From positions 1 to 64,000 of the forward strand of contig NW_021832123.1 of NCBI RefSeq assembly GCF_006345805.1: a stretch of 64,000 nucleotides of DNA. Reading direction: 5' to 3'. The notes below the pieces were generated by a model. That model searched no databases and was not told the origin of the DNA. It was given only the letters and a program-made list of their open reading frames with translations. This stretch comes from Octopus sinensis (lineage: Eukaryota). This document shows positions 37,918 to 50,599 of this stretch, in pieces (positions within the stretch are counted from its first letter, which is position 1; every line of letters starts with the position of its first letter). Position numbers and translations under genes: made by a program.

Positions 37918-39203
37918 AGTTTACGCTTTATTCTAATCAATGACATTAAATTTGAAATTGCTTTTATTAAACGTTCTTTGGAGTATTCTGGCGGTGAAAA
38001 TGTTAACATGTATTAAAAAAACTGTAGAGACATGAAAGATAAAAAATTAATAAGTGTCCCGAATTTTAAAAATGCCAATCAAATCGTCCAATTGTCAAAC
38101 ATTCCATTCAATTTTAGATATTTAGAATCCAACAAAATTACAACTTTGAGCCCTAATTCTTTTCCTGAAATGACTTTGCTTGAGAGATTGTAGACTCTGG
38201 GATTCATTTTAACAGAGACCTCGGATTCAACGAAATCACTACAATCAGTCTGGGGACTTTTGATATTGTGACAAAACTCGAATATTTGTTAATTATTGTG
38301 TTCTAATTAGATATTTGAATAATAACAAACTATCGGATTTTGAAAATGGAATATTCGATTTTCTTACTAATTTGAGATTAATGTAACTGATATATTTACA
38401 AAATATAGAAATTTCAACCACAATGAAATAAAAATTTTGCCCAATGTATTCGGAAAGACACGGAAACTCTTAGATATGTAATTCTTTTGTATAAGCTTGA
38501 GATATGGCCGCTACAACCCAATAGAAACCCTGAATTTTGGAATTCTCTTCACGTGTCCTCGTGAAACTTTCATGTAGGAAATACAATAATTTCATTTTAG
38601 AAATCTCTTCTTTACTCAGCCCGACGTTGTGTGTGCGTACAACTACTCTAAGTACTATTTTTCGCTGTATTCCTTTTTGATCACCATCAGATACTTATAC
38701 CCACCCCAAAAAGAGAAGGTGATAATAAAACAGAAAGTCTACATATTTACAGAACAAGATTCTGTTTATCAGAGGTTAGTTTACATTTTACATATCAGCG
38801 AAAAATATGAAATTGTAAATTGTTCCCAAAATGATTCTGAAGAATGTAGAACTGTTGTGCAAAGTTGTTCTAATTTATAATTTTTTGAGAATGCAATTCA
38901 CCGAAATTCTCGGAAAAGACTTTGAAGCCAACAAATGTCAAGATACAAGTAATACTGATAACAAAATTTCTCACATTGATATAATTCAACACAAAACAAC
39001 ATTTAATACTACTAAAACCTCGATGAATACTAAAACTTCGATGAATACTAAAACCCCGATGAATACTAAAAAAATGTCAAATGTCGGCTCAAATAGTAAA
39101 TGTAATTTATTCATTCAGACAAGACAATCATCTACTCGATTACCGTCCCCTTGTTTTTTGTGATTGTTATAATTTTGTTAATTTTGTATATTTTCATTCA
39201 TAG
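37918..39203 (+). CDS. Extracellular LRR protein with Thr-rich stalk and C-terminal TM helix (5' end uncertain)
   Basis: Phase-2 introns give LRR exons: YLESNKITTLSPNSFPEMTLLERL, DLGFNEITTISLGTFDIVTKLEYL, YLNNNKLSDFENGIFDFLTNLRL. NTKTSM x3 stalk; TM IIYSITVPLFFVIVIILLILYIF. Confidence 0.85.
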
Positions 39204-39747
39204 AGCCGTGGTTCTCAAAAAATTCGACCTGCTTAAAAAAGTGATAATAAAGGTATATATAATTGTTACATCAAGACAAATTTGACCACTTACCAACCAC
39301 CTTCGAGTATGTCAAATCCTGAAACGTATTATTCCTCGCCCAAAGAACTTTACGAAACAGTTAAATAAATTACTTTGTTGAAAATTGTTTTACTAAATAC
39401 AAATTTGTACAAATTATAATAATTAATATAACTTTAAATAATATTATTAAAGTAACATAACATGATAAAAGTACATTTGGCCTCTTCTCTTATTATTGCT
39501 ATTCATCACAGCGGCAGACATTACAGCTCTCCTCTTCGCACGTCTCCCAAGGTCATTGATGAGTGTGGGTGGAGTTTTCAAGATTTGAAAATTTCAATAT
39601 TTTCGGGGTTTCAATAAATTTCATTAATTACATTGGAAGTCTCCAAGTTGTGTTCCCACGAGGTGACTATTTACATGGAAGACAGGCATACTTTCCAATG
39701 TTTTTCAATGATTGAATGTAAGTATAGATGTTTTCAGTTGTGTTTAA

Positions 39748-40060
39748 CTAGCTCGGCAGCTCGCTTTGCTCAACGCGACCTAGCTCCTACGGAGGGCCTG
39801 TTTCATCAAACAACTATAATTTTAAGTAAATATATTAAACGACCTGGTTTGATGTAACCCTATTTTACGCCTGTTGATAAACGATGTTTGTTGTCCGTCT
39901 TTCCTTTGATATATGAATAAATTTTGTATTTTGGCTACCCTTGAACATCTCACATATAGCTGTCCCTGGAAAAAAACACTCGCTCTCTAAAAATTTTCAA
40001 AATTCGTGGCATATAAACATCTTCATCTTTATACTTACCTGTTATATGGACGGGGAAACC
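39748..40060 (-). mobile_element. Helitron 3' end remnant
   Basis: Minus strand FQGQLYVRCSRV..NIVY matches the Helitron helicase C-terminus (FSHGQLYVAxSRV..NIVY); imperfect GC hairpin at 39762-39777, then terminal CTAG (39748-39751) followed by T. Confidence 0.75.
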
Positions 40061-40148
40061 CGAAAGGACAAAATAATTAACTTTTTTACATTTTGAACTC
40101 TTTTAAGATTATTTATTATTAAATATATTTTAGTTTCTGGTGGTTTGT

Positions 40149-40355
40149 TTAATGGTTTCTCCTTTTCGATACGGGAAATTGGAGTATGCTTTACTTGTAT
40201 TAAGGAAAACTGGGCTCTTTGTGGTTCCTGTAACAATCGGAGTTCCCTACATCCTCTATAAATTACAGCAGATGTACGCTGCCGAAGCAGAATTTGAACG
40301 CTTTCGAAACAGGACTCAATTATATGGGTGTCGGAAAGGAATTAATCTTAACTAA
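40149..40355 (+). CDS. Small putative single-TM protein, unassigned
   Basis: MVSPFRYGKLE..GLFVVPVTIGVPYILYKL..EAEFER; possible in-frame 21-nt intron; no firm family call. Confidence 0.35.
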   Translation, partial: LMVSPFRYGKLEYALLVLRKTGLFVVPVTIGVPYILYKLQQMYAAEAEFERFRNRTQLYGCRKGINLN

Positions 40356-40679
40356 ACATGTTGAGCATATCTAATTGTCTTGTTTTAAATGTGGCCACGT
40401 TCTTTGAGTTCTCTATAAAGAGTATTGCTCAAGGGAGGCCTATCCGTACTAGCCTTGACAGCATACCTACTTGTTCTCTCCCACTCGTCGAGTTCATCGT
40501 TGACTTGAGGCAAAAAATCAGAAAGAATAGGAGCCATATTATTAAAAACTTTCAATTCTCGACTGACTTGTCTTTGGATTTTTTGAGTTATGAGAAAATA
40601 GAGTAGATTGATATATTTTTGATATTTAATTTTATATTATAAATATTAAAATAGATATATTTAAAATCTATTTTTTGTT

Positions 40680-41791
40680 ATGTTTCGTTCAAGGCGACAA
40701 TTTCTACCGTCAGCTCCACCAAGCAGTTATAAATAAACCGTCAATAATATAGAAATAATCAAAAAAATTTCACAAAAATCGATTGACTCTCCGAAGCCAG
40801 TTTCTGAAGAACCAAATGTTTTACCAACGAAAGAAGCTGAATCTCCATCGTTGGAGGAACCTCCCACATCAGAGGAGCCTGTCATCCCAACACCCCCACA
40901 GCCCACAATAAGTCAAACAACACAGCAACCATCACAGAAGACCGTCAAATTGGTGGAAGGTGGGGACTGGTGATATAAATGAGGGAAACTAATATTGGTG
41001 GATTCGGGAGAATGTGCTCCCCCAGAGAAGGAGACGACCGCGGAGGATGGGGACGAATCCAGCAACTCGGAGGAACAGCAGTCGGTGGTGGAGAAATACC
41101 TGAATCCGAAGGTAGTGGGACATCCCGATGGTTAGAGGAGAGCAGTGACGAAGAGGAGGAAGAACATAAAAGTGGTGATGGACGAGTTCTTTGAATTGGA
41201 CGAGTGCATGAAAATGGCCGATCTCCTCCAAATCACCAGGAAAAGGCGGAAATCGTCCCCCAAGAAGGCCGTGGAAGCCGAGAAGAGTGGAGTGACCCCG
41301 GTGGTGAATGCCCCTCGGATATACATCAACGACTACGGCCAAGTCGTCGTGGATCAGGAAAGGTGTAATTCGAGGTCATTTCAGTCTGCGGATCGACCCA
41401 TTGGCAGTGGCAGAAATGCACATGAAGAAGGCCGTGTTGGAGAAGGACAATCCTCGATCGTACATGAACTTCCGGAGGATTGTGAGTTGTAAGCGAAGGT
41501 GGAGCAGTGAGGGTGGGAGTTGTGGTAATGCCAGACAGCACTCGTTTTCTCATTGCATTGGCCATGTTCGGGACTGATTTCAGTGCCATTGCCGGCGTGT
41601 TCCCCGGGCGACATCACCGAGACATACTTGTACTCCTTCCCCTCATTGTAGAACAAGTACAAGTCGGGATTGAGGACTAACCCACTCATCATTAACGAAA
41701 TGCTTAGTTTAGTCTACTCTCTTTATTTGTAGAGAAAAGGATAAAGGTCGACTATGACTATTTCAAGGACACTCCCGAGGAAGAAAAGTAG
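40680..41791 (+). CDS. BDP1: TFIIIB B'' subunit (SANT domain), much shortened
   Basis: APRIYINDYGQVVVDQESL, SYMNFRR..RRWSSEDSTRFLIALAMFGTDFSAIAGVFPGR..ILNKYK; introns of 27, 24, 24, 22, 22, 21 and 26 nt. Confidence 0.88.
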
Positions 41792-41799
41792 TGATTTAT

Positions 41800-44020
41800 T
41801 TATTTGATAATTGAGAGTATGCTTGTTCTTTTATCACTGGCGCAGAAAATAGCACAAATCAATCTCCTAATCTCAGGGGCAGAAAACGAGTCCCGCAAAG
41901 TATCGCCCTCCTCCCACCTCCTCCCAATCTCGACCAGTTTTGCATTGAGAATCCAATGAAGACTACGGAATCTCCTCCAGTCGGCCACATAACGAACACA
42001 ATTGGAGTCATCCTCCTCCGTCGAGTCAAAAATAGGCATGACCATTCTGTCCACCAGCGAATAAACAGTGGACAGGGCAACCGAGTCATTCTCGATAATA
42101 TCCTGCAAGGACAGAATGAAGTGGAGAATGTGCTGGACGAGGGCGGCCACGAGTGACCCCATTATTCGGTAGTGTGTGTCCCGCGTCAATACCCGACTCC
42201 ACTGCTTGGAGTATTGCACGACACGATTGCATGCCACTCTCGTTTGTCTTTGCAGTTCCCGACTGGACACACCGTGCTTAAAATCTGCAATGAGACATCC
42301 CCACAACCGGAGGTCTGCGGAATGTCCACCACCGTCGAGATTTGGTCGCGGATTTGAGCGGAAAGGAGTTCGGAGGCCAATCGACGACAATTTCCTGCAG
42401 ATTCGAAAGATTCCGAGTCCTCAAACGACCTTGCAATCCACACAAGACTGTTGTGAGCTATTCCTAAGCACTCCGCGTAAAAACAGGACCGGTTGAAAAA
42501 ACGGAGGCACTTTCCCGGTAATGGTCGAGGACGACGGAAACAAGGACAGCCTCTCGGGCTTGTGGACTCATAAAAGGGTGATAATCTGGCGAACAAGTGA
42601 CATTGCGGAGAAAGGCAAGGAAGGGACGACAGGCACAGCTGGAATGTGGAGGGTAAGCACAACCTGACGAGGACTCCCTCCAAATCCTCCACTTCCTCGT
42701 CATTGAGGATATCCCTTTGGGTTACACTGTACTCACACCTTCCGACAGAACTAACAATTTCTTTGAAGGCCTTGGAATTAAAGTCCTCGATTTCGATCAA
42801 AGACGTTTGCACGCGACCAATTCGACGCGATTTCTATGGAATGGACAGTCCACGCAAACATTCAACTCGGCTGAAAAGTCCGACAGAAAAGAGGAAAATG
42901 AACTCAAATGCTCCATTTCCTCCAATTTAGAGAGCTGTGTGGTTGACGTGTAAATCGAGGACAGACTCTCCATGAGAAATGCCCAGCCATCACTCAAAAC
43001 TCCACACAACTCGCCTCCCTGGCCATTGACTGGTGGAATCAGAATGTCCATCATTCGTCCGCAATTCATCAACACGTCGCGGATTCCCCCCAGTTTTGCA
43101 GCAATCGACAATTTGGCATCCCCAGTGAGTATTTTGTGTGAATAAAGCACGCCAAACTGACTTTCTGTCTAACAAACCAAACAAGGAACCCAACCAGAGA
43201 GAACTCGGCAGCCGAGCAAGACAGGGCTGGAATGAGTAAGAATTTGTTTATTTTGAGGAACACATCCAAAATGGCCTCATCCCGACGGGTCTGTGCGGCA
43301 AATAGATTGAGGAAATCACAAAACGTGTTGTTTCCCTGTTTGGAGTAAGTGAGTGAGTAGTTCTGAGACAATCAGCACAAACCCGACCTGGTCATCCCAA
43401 AAGACGACTTTGGAGGACAGAAAGTGTGCCAGTCCACAATCAAGCACACTCTCCGCCTGGGACAGTCTTTCCCGGAGGATCTACCGAATAGTGTGGAGAG
43501 TAACCTTCCCGGGGAGTATTCTGTGGTCTGAACACACAATTGTCCCCTCCACATATTTCCTGGTCTGTGTCCGACACTCGGAGGCCTCGAACCAGTCTTG
43601 TGCTTGTATGTGGGCGGATAGTTCGGAGAGGAGGCGAGAACACACCTCGATTTCCTCCACACACCGCAGTTTGTCCATGGCCAGTCGTCTGTCCTGCACT
43701 GTTTGCTGGATATTCTTTATTTTCTGTGGGAGTTGTGTGTCGAACTAATTCAATCACACACGTCTACTTTGTCGACTTTGAGGTACAGTATTTTTGTGGC
43801 GTTGAACAAGTCGTTGAAGCTTTTAATCAGACTTTCGTATTGGAGTGTCAATTCAACTAATTCGTGCTCAGTTTTTGAGTTTTCTGTGATTTTTTGTTCG
43901 AGTTGTCTTGATGACTCCAACAAACGGCAAATCGTGGAGTCGATGTTATCATTTGTTATACTTTCTACAATACATCATCAAATAATCACCTTCCAAATTT
44001 ATCTTTCCTTCTAACAACAT
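41800..44020 (-). CDS. ZW10: Centromere/kinetochore protein ZW10
   Basis: C-terminal WRRFRSLHWILNAKLVEIGRRWEEG..SFSAPEIRRLICAIF..KRTSILSIIK matches the ZW10 end; N-terminal coiled coil; micro-introns. Confidence 0.8.
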
Positions 44021-44099
44021 TCCCCACAAGTGACGGGTTAATTTATATTTTTAATTTTACAAATCAATATTTCTAAGCAAAACTAATTTTAGTAATATT

Positions 44100-45030
44100 T
44101 ATGATCCTACTCCAAGCGAGTTCACCCCAGAAGACAGTTTGTCCTTTGCCTATAACAGCGGACTAGAGTCCTCACTGTCTAATTCGAACAAACTCATGGG
44201 CCGGGAACAACGTCTGGGTTATGTCGACCTCACACAAAACTGGCTAACTGAATATCAAGTAGTGATAAACAGCCAATCGTGTTTCCACTGACATAATGGT
44301 TTGTGGTAAAAGAACAAAGAATAGTAAGACCACAAAATGAGAAATTATTGGTTAGTATGTATACCAGACTGGAGATAACTAGACTGGTATTTTCTCTGCA
44401 AAACTAGCCTGTGCCAGTTCCTAAAGTAATTGAATCAGACGACCTTCTCTTTCGTGATATCGTGGGAATCCTGCGAATAGTTCACGTCGCTCAATAAGTC
44501 GTAGTTTGGTCTGCAAAGAAAGACCAGGAGTGCTGAAAATGCGAGAAGGAGCGAAAGGGTTGTAGTCGCAATCAGAATCGTCCTCTGGTGTGTGTAGAGC
44601 TATCACTAAGAATAAGCACTGACATATTTCAAGAATTTGTTTTCGTGCTGAGGCTTATCATCATAATCGATTACTACTATTGCGTCTGAATTGAACAAAT
44701 ACACGTGACCTGACTGATTTTGGTCGTCGGCGACTGTGTTGTCCGTGTTCTCCAGATTGTCCCCGATTGCTGTGCGTCACTCACAAGCAATACAACGAAT
44801 GTTCCCATCGAACACATTGTTCATCAGATCTGCAATGTCGAGGTCGGTTGGGAATTCTGGATTGAGGGGTTCTGCTGTTGTTTGGACTTGTTTTTCTTTG
44901 TCGTCGGCGATGTTTTGAAAATTACTTTTAATTGCTGGAGAAGTTGGTTGAAATAAAACCACCGTCAATGTTGCCTCGGAAAATGTTGTCCACGTAATCG
45001 AACATGGATTCATCATCCTGAAAATAGGTT
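44100..45030 (-). CDS. Hypothetical spliced protein
   Basis: Exon-like stretches (AIGDNLENTDN..ENKFLKY; IALHTPEDDSDCDYNPF..) joined by GT..AG micro-introns including a possible 18-nt one. Ends uncertain. Confidence 0.35.
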
Positions 45031-45885
45031 GGAATATTTCTTGTCAAAGCAGCAAACAATAAAAATGTCTAATTCGTACAGTTAAATTAGAAAAACATTA
45101 AGCATCGTTCAAAAACGTAAAATAAACCAACATTTATTTATTTATAAATTGGGTTATCCATGTTGGTTAATGACGAAATAGTTAATGATAAAATATAAAT
45201 AATTTAGATAAGTTTATCTTCTTATTTTTGATAAGTCAATAATCACTTCTTTGATGTCGTCGTCACCCTATTCATTACTTGCTGCAATAAAGTCCATTTG
45301 CTATTCTGATATATAAATTCCAGGTTAAATCGCCATACTTTCTATTAATTTGAAATACTTGGAAGCAACTCTCATGACTAATAGTCACTTTTGAGTCATT
45401 AGAAATGTCGTGTTTATTGCACTGTATTCTCAATCGTCGGAATTGACCTGACCACATTTTTAGGTTAGTACTATCGACAGAACTAAGTGTCCATTTCTTA
45501 ATTTCTCAGTCTTTTCTCTGCAATTGCTACATTTCCAGACAAATTTTCATATTGTGAATCAATAATTCGCGGGGAAATTACGAGTGGTTGGCATCCATTT
45601 GGATCAATAAAATTGTGGAGAGTGACTAAACACCGAAGGGTCGACATTCCTGAGTAAATCAAATATCCCCAAAGATTGAATTCTCAAGGGAAATATAACT
45701 GGGAATTAAAGTTGACTTTTCATTCCAAAACGATGACCTCAAATGCCCATTTGTCCTCCAACTGTTACTATTTAATATTCCAAGTAATTGATTTTGAATA
45801 TTGATGTTTTTACTGTGTATATAAAGCTTATTATAAATCTATTTCTACAAACAAAAATATGATAAATATACTAAACATTTTAAAG

Positions 45886-46693
45886 ATGTCTCGTGGTTGC
45901 ACCTACAGAGATGAGCTCAGAATCAGAGCCAAGCTGTACGAACACGCCGACCGTTACCCCGAAATGGCCTGCGAAATGAAAAGACTGTTCGATTTGGATC
46001 CGACTCGCCAATTCTCCCCCGAGGAGAGAAATCTCTTTTCCGCGGCCTATAAAAATGTGGTGGGATCCCGTCGATTTGCCCACCGAGTGCTGTCCTCCCT
46101 CCAAAAGACAGAAGAAGGGGACGAGATGACATTATCCATTCTCCTTTCCATGAAGAAGAAGGAGGAGGAGGAAATAACCCGCCTGTGTGACCAAGTCCTG
46201 GTCTGCCCGCTGTGTGAGTGCCTAGGCCATCATTTCCCAATTCCTGACCGACACAACCCTGTCCGACGAACACAAAGTCTTTTACAACAAAATGTTCGGA
46301 GACTACAATCGCTACAAAGCAGAGATCGACCCTCCTGACAAAGCAAGTTGACCCCTTTGTGAGTGGCAGGCGTGACGGCTATGGCGGAGGAGGCCTACAA
46401 GAAGGCCTATTCGATTTCCCTCCCCAACGGACATCCCATCAAAATGGGGTTCCTCCTGAACTACAGTGTCTTTCTGTTCGAGATCTGTGTCCGGCCCAGC
46501 GAGGCCATTTCCCTGGCCACTCAGGTGTTGGGGCACCTCCATGTCCTAGGCGTTGCAGGAGATAAATTCGGGCATCTGCGAGGAGACGGAGGAACTTAAT
46601 TTGATAACTCAGTTGTTCAGAGACAACTTGTTGGTTGGGTTGTGGGGTTACTCGTAGTTGTGGAAGAACAGTGTTTCGGGGAGTGCTTTATAG
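45886..46693 (+). CDS. 14-3-3 family protein, divergent
   Basis: EERNLFSAAYKNVVGSRR, GDYNRY, HPIKMGFLLNYSVF and LITQLFRDNLL-LW after 23-25 nt introns; phosphopeptide-binding K, R, R, Y positions retained. Confidence 0.92.
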
Positions 46694-47341
46694 TTCTGGT
46701 TTGATTAAAGTTACTTTGTTGTTCGGTTTTATATTTTTAGTCAATCAATAAATATAATCACTTTTAGACATTGAAAATAGTTCGGATCGTTTTAAAGTTT
46801 AATAAAGCTAAATGTTGGGTTTCCCACAAGATTGTAGTGGCTTTCAGGTGGTAGGACAAACTTGAGTATTTTAGGCATCAATCATTTGTTTAGGTCATTC
46901 ATACTGATATAATATAGAAAGTAGGTTGCATAAAAGCGGGCATGTGTTGAGCACCTTTGAACAATGATGATGAAACTCAGAGAAAACTGCTATTGAATCT
47001 TTCCAGCGAAATGTCAGATAAAAACCAATAAAGCCACTTTTAGAATGCTGTAGCGTAGTTGATGCTTCTTAATTAAAATCACTGTTGCGGGTATTGGGGG
47101 AATATCTTTACCAATGTTTGAAAAGACAAAATAATCAGACAACAGTGGCGTTTTCTTATCAATAAGTCTTTCTGTGCCACATATAAATATAGGCTAATCG
47201 AACCTTACGACTAAACGCTCATTGACGCTCAGTGGTGTGACGGATATCCAATTCTTAGTATGTTATTATCGTAAATAAATTGATAATAATTTGGCTTTGC
47301 CGTCTTATTACGTCGGAAATGAATAATAAGGGTATATTTAT

Positions 47342-48520
47342 ATGTTACATTTCCAAGCTACCCGCTCGTTTTCCAGTCATGAAGACAAGTTGTTCCGAAA
47401 TTTTAATAAATATCAATGTTTTGAAGATAAATATCAATGGATTTATGATCAGGATTTGGAATTATGTCAGGTTGAAAGATATTCAAAAAATCGACATATT
47501 TCTGAAAAGAATGATAAAGTGAAAATCAGATCAAAAAATATAAAAACCAATTTACTTCAAGCAGATAAACTCGATTGGATTGACAATAAAATTGATTATA
47601 TCCCGAATATACAAAACAAATATTATAAAAATAGAACAAACGCCGCTTCTAACAAACATTTATTGAAAAACCGTCCTATGAGTGACACGTATATAAACAC
47701 CTCATTTATATCGACCAGAAAGGTTAGATTCGTTTCTGAAGATTCGTTAAAAACTGATTTTCCAACAACCAAACATTTTTTAATGGGGTGTAAAATGGCA
47801 ACTAATAAGCGTATATACTCGGAAGAAAATATTGACAAAATAATAAAGAAAATTGATATAAGTCTTGAAAAAATTAATAATTCCTGCGTCTTGAAAGAGT
47901 CAACGAAACGTAGAGAACCTAACAGTCAAATAAAATTAAACTACGAGAAACTTCCTTTGAATAATGTGACTAGCAAAAAAATATACAAAATGAAACAAGA
48001 TGAGAGCAAAAATTTTCTAAATTTGGGAATAATAAACTATAAATTTGGCGAATCAGTCGGCATTGATCCATCTAAAAACGACTTGGTCATGTTCAAACTA
48101 GTAATGGACAATATTAATGATTATTGCACAAAACATACTCTGAGTCAGGAAGCGGAAATTGATGCAATCTTGGAAGCATATGAATATTTGATTAAATCAA
48201 GAAAATGCAGCGTTGTAAAGCAGCCTGAGATGAGAAAGTACAACGAGCACTTTTCATCGGAATCTGGAACACAAAGTTTATGTGACTTAACAGATGAAAA
48301 CCAAAAATGCCCAAATTTATTTATTCCAAAAATACCCAAATTTGAATATGTGAAAATAAATAGACCAAAGAGAGAAGTTTTGGATAAATTTGAAAAGACC
48401 CAAATAATGTCTTTTAAATGGAATGATGCTACAATATTCAGGAAAAATCGAAATCATATTTTTGTCCGTTCTCAAAGATTTAACAATTTTTCGAATGGAC
48501 AAATAAGTTTTTTTTGTTGA
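47342..48520 (+). CDS. AT-rich 392-aa orphan ORF
   Basis: Long uninterrupted ORF in very AT-rich DNA; contains RKVRF; no domain recognised. Confidence 0.55.
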   Translation: MLHFQATRSFSSHEDKLFRNFNKYQCFEDKYQWIYDQDLELCQVERYSKNRHISEKNDKVKIRSKNIKTNLLQADKLDWIDNKIDYIPNIQNKYYKNRTNAASNKHLLKNRPMSDTYINTSFISTRKVRFVSEDSLKTDFPTTKHFLMGCKMATNKRIYSEENIDKIIKKIDISLEKINNSCVLKESTKRREPNSQIKLNYEKLPLNNVTSKKIYKMKQDESKNFLNLGIINYKFGESVGIDPSKNDLVMFKLVMDNINDYCTKHTLSQEAEIDAILEAYEYLIKSRKCSVVKQPEMRKYNEHFSSESGTQSLCDLTDENQKCPNLFIPKIPKFEYVKINRPKREVLDKFEKTQIMSFKWNDATIFRKNRNHIFVRSQRFNNFSNGQISFFC

Positions 48521-49089
48521 TTTAGAATGGATTAGTATTTGCCAGAGCAAATAAATATAAACAAGATTTAAAAGCTGAGAAAATAGGAGGACTTGAAAAA
48601 GACTGCCCGACATATATTGACGAATGTTCTTATTCTTTGTCTGAATTTTCCGGTTAAAACATTTCCGCTAACTTAATTTAGAAGAGTACGAATATAGCAG
48701 AAAGTGCATAAGCGATAGGACAAAAAACCTTACAGCAGAGAAAGTAACTTATAAATAATAGTTCCCAGGAGTTGTTCTTTCGCTGTTGCTATCATTCGAA
48801 ATAACTTGTTTATTTAAAAAAACAAACCAGTAAATTTTTTTCGATCAAACAATTAAATCACTGCTTTTTAAGGATTATCAAAAATTGATTAAAAAATATA
48901 AAAATAGCAAAAAATCAAAAATCGAGACGACTGTTAACAAAAACAGCTTTTAAGAAATGAATACGCTGATGAAAATAATATTTATTGAGACCATATTTGA
49001 AGGAGTAAGTCGTTAAAGTATGGTGATGAGTAAGCATGACGACCGCAAAATAATGTGCGATGTATAGCGTAATTTTTCTGAATAACGAA

Positions 49090-49240
49090 ATGCAGAGCAG
49101 CGAATCTCTGGAAGCTGTCTGCCACGAATCACGTCTGAGACTTCGAGAAACCAGCTGGCTGTATCAGAGGGTATCTATAGCAATCTTGTTTGCTATCCGC
49201 GGCGCAGCCACCGGCGATGCTTAATTTCCATCTAATTAAA
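49090..49240 (+). mobile_element. Short remnant of an RLE-type (CRE/R2-like) non-LTR element 3' end
   Basis: LRETSWLYQRVSIAI, similar to ESSWLKQRIS at about 59000 and to the QRxSxAI end of restriction-like endonuclease domains. Confidence 0.5.
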
Positions 49241-50599
49241 ATAATAAATTTTTTATTGAAAAAAATAATTTGACAGATAAATTTGTTTTTAAAGACTGAT
49301 TGTTAATAGGCTAGATTTAAACACAAACTTTTATTCATAAATAAATTATGGAATTATTCAGGAATTGATTAGTAGTATAAATGTTAGATTCCGTGGACGA
49401 CAGTTGAATTAAAACATTTTATTCGAGGTTTGATTTTCCCATTTGCTTTAAATGATTACGACTTCTACTTTATTAAAAAGTATCTTTAATCATCTTTTTG
49501 TATATATAGAACCTGTGAACACTGCTCCGACAATAAGTAAAGGCTCATTTGAATGATTTAGGTACACATTTGATGTTATATATCATTCTCTTTTCGATTT
49601 CGGTTTTATTTGTAGTTACAAATTTAATTTTGTTATGGTTTGATAATGATTGTACATCTTTTCAGTTTATTCGCAAGAAAAAAATCAGACCTGATAACTG
49701 TATAATCAGTTAATCAACCATAGGTACAACTCTCCCACTACGAACCCCCCTCTGCAATTGAAGAACAAACATACTACTCTTCCCCAACAGATTTTCTTTG
49801 AAATACCTCAGATTTAATTTTTAGTTAATTGGAAATCATTAGTTGTTATAGTATGTTAGGCTTTTTGCTTTTTAAATATTTATCAAATCTAGAAATGCCT
49901 ATCACAAATCTCTTACCAAAACACAGCCACAGAAATTGAAATTTATTTAGCTTTCTGAAATTTGGATTTTTGCTTTCTTGAACAATATTTACAACCACAT
50001 CAATCAAAGATCAATTTATTTTAAAATGGACATAGTAAACGAGAAATCTCAAATTAGAGTGTTGGACATTTCCGCCGTCTCGTTGGCAAGTCGTATTTCT
50101 TGGGGAAAACATTCCATTTTTGATTGAGTCAGGATCAAATAGACAACACCTAAATAAACATTTTAATTTATACTTCCTAAAATGATAATTGTAAAAGTGA
50201 TTGTCAGTGATTTTAAAACCCCTTCTTGATGTTAGCCATTTCCTTAAAATTATTTTTTCCCATTATAAATACTTGAATAAATTATGATGATTACTTATTG
50301 ATTAATTTCAGTCTTATTTCATGGCTGGCAATCCTCCTGATTATTTTATTTCATTAAAATGCTTGATATATAAATATTCAAATTTCGATTCCCTAATTTT
50401 ATGCTGAAAAAGCCATTTAATAAAAAGACGAATCTAAAAGAAATAAATCCTTAGGAAGCGACTTCCAGGCACACCTTCTGTTAATACACTCGACCCTCGC
50501 AAATTGGCCATTTTTAGTTTCTTCGAATTTTGTGGCCAATTTAAAAAAATAAACAAAAAAATGTATTTAAGAAAATAACATTTGGCAATTAATTTTATA

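Noticed and set aside
40031-40041. U1 snRNA (ATACTTACCTG)
   Set aside because: No U1-70K or U1A loops follow; it lies inside the Helitron remnant and is simply the complement of a consensus donor site.
48700-49080. Tc1-like transposase remnant
   Set aside because: Weak resemblance only; no DDE motif or TIR seen.
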